In this document: positions 60,563 through 64,000 of the stretch, piece by piece
How positions within the stretch are numbered: the first letter of the stretch is position 1
How the letters are laid out: each line of letters opens with the position of its first letter
Position numbers and translations under genes: made by a program
Source of the DNA: an uncultured archaeon
GTDB lineage: Archaea; Thermoproteota; EX4484-205; JAAOZP01
Reading direction: 5' to 3'
Assembly: GCA_938045545.1 (NCBI GenBank)
Contig: CALIBN010000010.1
Span: forward strand, 32,001-96,000
Length of the DNA stretch: 64,000 nucleotides
Notes under the pieces: generated by a model
Seen by the model: the letters and a program-made list of their open reading frames with translations, nothing else
What the model was told of the DNA's origin: nothing
The model's database searches: none

Positions 60563-60993
60563 CTTCTCAAATAAGCCATACCACGATTTCGTCGTCCCAA
60601 AGATCAATATCACCTACCTTTAACTCGTCGACGCTCCTCCCCAGCTCATAGCCCAAGATGTGTTTGGCCAAACCCTTATCGATCAACTCCTCGCTAAGGT
60701 TGTTCAGCAAGTTCATAAGCCTTCGTGAACGAGTACCACCATTATTTTGATGGCGCATTCTGACCCTGTTTCGCATATTAAGTCTGTCTGAGGAATGAAC
60801 GCATATCTAGGCCTACGCCCAACCTTCACCCTGCCTGAAAGCATGTGAGCGCGCACATTCCACCTCTTAGCCGGAGGTTGCGCACGTATGTTTGAGAGAA
60901 AAACCTGGCCGACTATGATCTTGGTTTCAAGCACAATTCTTTTAGCCAATGAATTAAAAAAACTTTTTAAACGAGGATTAAAACAGAGTATCG

Positions 60994-61938
60994 TTGTCGT
61001 CAAGATATGAAGTCAGATTAATACCTGTCGAAGAAAAAGAAAGATTAATGGATAAATATGGTGAGCGCCTTCTCTACGAGGAGAGAGCAGACATATACGG
61101 GTGTTGCGTCAAACTGCTAACCGATGTAAAGTACGTGAAGGAGCGTTGGGAGGAAAGCTTCTATCCAATGTCGGCACATGTTCGCTCCCATGGAAGATTG
61201 ATTGTGACAAACGAGACGGATGAGGAGCAAAGCGTGTTCTATGACCCGCTTTCGAAAACAGCCTTCCTAATCAACGTAGATTATTATGGCTGGGTGAAAT
61301 CCATTGCCTTGAGTGTTGCAAGCGATATTCTTGAAGATAGTCATAGAATAAATTCGGTCCACGGCGCGTGCGTGGACGTAGATGGTAAAGGTGCTTGTCT
61401 AATCGCTCCCTCTGGAACAGGAAAAACCACTCATACGTATGGTCTTCTTAGGCTTAAAGGAATACGTGTCGTATCAGATGACTGGTTTTTCGTCCGCTTA
61501 ATGGGAGAGCAAGCCATCGCGTTTGCTTCGGAGAAAAATTTCTACATACAGGCAGATATCGCAGATAACTGGGGCGAGTATCAAAAACTTGTCGAGAAAG
61601 CTGAATTCGATTCGAAAGGCAGAGCCGTAGTAAACGTAAGATGGGTTGTTGGCAAGGGCAAAATTTTGCAGATGACTACGTTGAAAAAGGCTATACTACT
61701 TAAGCGCGATCCGGGGGACAAGACGGTTTTCGACAGGCTCTCCCCAGAAGAAGCATCCAGCTACATAGAGTCTGTCGACTTCTGTAATCCGCATATGCTT
61801 GTAAAGGACGGAAGAAAGATAGATTTAAGAAGGAGATTCTTTAAAGAATTGTTTAACCACCTAGAGGCCTATATCGTAAATACTGCTGCACCAATTCTCC
61901 AAAGCCATAATGCTGTTAAAGAAATTTTAGGGTTATAG
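60994..61938 (+). CDS. HPr kinase/PEPCK-like P-loop protein
   Basis: SVHGACVD, APSGTGKTT, SDDW motifs. Confidence 0.8.
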   Translation: MSSRYEVRLIPVEEKERLMDKYGERLLYEERADIYGCCVKLLTDVKYVKERWEESFYPMSAHVRSHGRLIVTNETDEEQSVFYDPLSKTAFLINVDYYGWVKSIALSVASDILEDSHRINSVHGACVDVDGKGACLIAPSGTGKTTHTYGLLRLKGIRVVSDDWFFVRLMGEQAIAFASEKNFYIQADIADNWGEYQKLVEKAEFDSKGRAVVNVRWVVGKGKILQMTTLKKAILLKRDPGDKTVFDRLSPEEASSYIESVDFCNPHMLVKDGRKIDLRRRFFKELFNHLEAYIVNTAAPILQSHNAVKEILGL

Positions 61939-62044
61939 GCTATTCGCGTGCTAACTGATAGTTAATTCAGAGGATGCAGCCGAAAACATTTATATTGCTT
62001 AACGGGCTCCTGTAGCGTAAAGGTTGATGGGAAGGAGGGTCTAA

Positions 62045-63709
62045 TTGGAAGGAGCTTTTAAACAGAAAATTGCTTACTTCTCAATGGAGATTGCATTGTC
62101 TAACGATATTCACACTTACAGCGGAGGCCTAGGGGTTCTCGCGGGCGATGTAGTAAGGTCAAGCGCAGATCTTAACCTTCCCCTGTTAGCGGTCACGCTC
62201 GTAAGCAAAAAAGGATACTTTAGGCAAGAACTAACCCGTGAAGGAAGACAAATAGAGCATACTGATTCTTGGGACCCTTCACAGTTCATGCAACAATTAC
62301 CTGAAGAAGTTACGGTTAAAATCCAAGGCAGAGATATTTACATAAAAGCTTGGCGGTACACGATAAAAAGTGTGTCAGGCTGGGAGGTTCCAGTATATTT
62401 TCTGGATACTGATATTGAGGGGAATCTTCCTGAGGATAGGGAAATAACTTCACTTTTATATGGTGGTGATGAAAGATATCGTATAAAGCAAGAGATTGTT
62501 CTAGGAATAGGAGGCGTCAGAATGTTAGAAAAGCTTAACGTGCTCGTCCATAAATATCATATGAATGAGGGTCATTCCAGCTTCCTAGCTCTTGAATTGC
62601 TGCGTAAATTTGAGATGGATATAAATAAAGTTAGAAACTTATGCGTGTTCACTACGCACACGCCGGTTGAAGCTGGGCACGATAAATTCTCATACGAGCT
62701 TGTTCAAGAAACTTTAGGAGAATTCATTCCGCTAAATATCTTAAAAAGCTTAGGTGGACAGGATAGATTGAACATGACGCTTCTTGCACTGAATCTGAGC
62801 AACTATGTTAACGGCGTAGCGAAAATGCATGGAATTATTTCTAGAGAAATGTTCCCAAGCCATAAGATTCACGCGATAACAAATGGTGTCCACTCTTACA
62901 CTTGGACGTGTGAAAGTTTTAGACGACTATACGATAAGTATCTTCCGGGATGGGCGCATGAGCCTGAACTACTTATAAGAATAGATATAGTCCCGAACGA
63001 TGAAATCTGGCAGGCTCATATGGCAGTGAAGAAAATCCTAATCGACTATGTCAATACGACGACAAATATTGGCATGGACTATGAAGCTTTAACAATAGGG
63101 TTTGCTCGAAGAGCCACAGAATATAAAAGGCATATGCTTATATTTTCAGATCCTGAGAGGCTGCGTAGAGTAAACAGCAGAGGAAGAATTCAACTCATCT
63201 TTGCTGGAAAAGCCCATCCGAAAGACTATCGGGGGAAGATGCAAATCGAAGAACTGTTTAGGTATAAAGAAATGTTTAAGGATGAGATAAAAATAGCCTA
63301 CTTAGAAAACTATGATATAAACGTTGCGGCCAAACTTGTTTCAGGGGTTGACGTTTGGCTGAACACGCCTCTCCCTCCGATGGAAGCTTCGGGCACAAGC
63401 GGGATGAAGGCCGCTCACAATGGTGTGATAAATTTCAGCGTCTTAGATGGCTGGTGGGTTGAAGGCTGGATAGAAGGCATTACAGGATGGGCAATAGGTC
63501 CCTCTCCAGAAGAAAAAGCATCAATAGAAGAGCGAAAAGCTAGAGAGCTCAATGATCTCTATGGAAAATTAGAGTATGTAATAATTCCGTCGTATTACAA
63601 GCGAAGAGATGAGTGGATACCAATGATGAAAAATTCGATAGGAAAAATAGCATCTTATTTCAACAGTCATAGAATGATGCATAGATATGTAACTGAAGCG
63701 TATTTATAG
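62045..63709 (+). CDS. glgP: Alpha-glucan phosphorylase
   Basis: AYFSME, YSGGLGVLAGD, HMNEGH, FARRATEYKR, EASGTSGMKA, LDGWW. Confidence 0.95.
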   Translation: MEGAFKQKIAYFSMEIALSNDIHTYSGGLGVLAGDVVRSSADLNLPLLAVTLVSKKGYFRQELTREGRQIEHTDSWDPSQFMQQLPEEVTVKIQGRDIYIKAWRYTIKSVSGWEVPVYFLDTDIEGNLPEDREITSLLYGGDERYRIKQEIVLGIGGVRMLEKLNVLVHKYHMNEGHSSFLALELLRKFEMDINKVRNLCVFTTHTPVEAGHDKFSYELVQETLGEFIPLNILKSLGGQDRLNMTLLALNLSNYVNGVAKMHGIISREMFPSHKIHAITNGVHSYTWTCESFRRLYDKYLPGWAHEPELLIRIDIVPNDEIWQAHMAVKKILIDYVNTTTNIGMDYEALTIGFARRATEYKRHMLIFSDPERLRRVNSRGRIQLIFAGKAHPKDYRGKMQIEELFRYKEMFKDEIKIAYLENYDINVAAKLVSGVDVWLNTPLPPMEASGTSGMKAAHNGVINFSVLDGWWVEGWIEGITGWAIGPSPEEKASIEERKARELNDLYGKLEYVIIPSYYKRRDEWIPMMKNSIGKIASYFNSHRMMHRYVTEAYL

Positions 63710-64000
63710 AGATTCACATTAGATCATTATTCTCTAAGCTTAAATATTGCGGGAGGGCCTCAACACGTTGTGTTGTTAATTTTGAAAGTAATCTGATTTA
63801 TAGTCAAAGCATGGGAATACCAGAATTGCGACCTCTTTGCACCTTTAATTGGGCAGTGGGTGTAACGCTTTAATAGAAGTGACATATGTGCGTACTTCGT
63901 TGAGCCTCAGCTAAGGTTGTATCAGGCTTTTAAGAATATAATAGTATGCCGGCTTAGGATTATAGGACTCGTCGAAGATCAGGGCTGAACCGTATCCGTT

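Overview
Archaeal (TACK/Thermoproteota-like; exact lineage cannot be established from this window) core-genome segment carrying most of the translation/transcription superoperon: KEOPS (Kae1/Bud32), Rpo7/Spt4, aIF2-gamma, aIF5B, GluRS, mevalonate genes, rps2-rpoN-rpoD-rps4/13, cbf5-secY-spc/S10 block, rps19e-rpl39e-aIF6-ftsY-secE-spt5-L11/L1/L10/L12. Three intron-containing tRNAs (Ser-GGA, Val-GAC, Leu-TAG) and an orphan 5' half of tRNA-Ala(GGC) are present. AT-richer decayed islands lie at about 20.7-26.8 kb, 39.6-44 kb and 52.8-57.6 kb. Main points of interest: (1) a recurring tRNA-associated module, reconstructable from two complementary deleted copies, with a Zn-finger/TGT-like/metallophosphoesterase gene, a Glu-rich protein ending in a PD-(D/E)xK nuclease, and a convergent immunity-like gene present in 3 copies; (2) apparent non-canonical start codons (CTG, CTG, ACG, TTA) in rpl39e, rpl11, rpl24e and rpo7; (3) a 13-nt BHB intron in cbf5 mRNA; (4) a D-loop intron in tRNA-Leu; (5) inverted rps11, bacterial-type adk in the usual ndk slot, and a degenerate aspartokinase. 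All product calls come from motif recognition by eye; no database searches were run.
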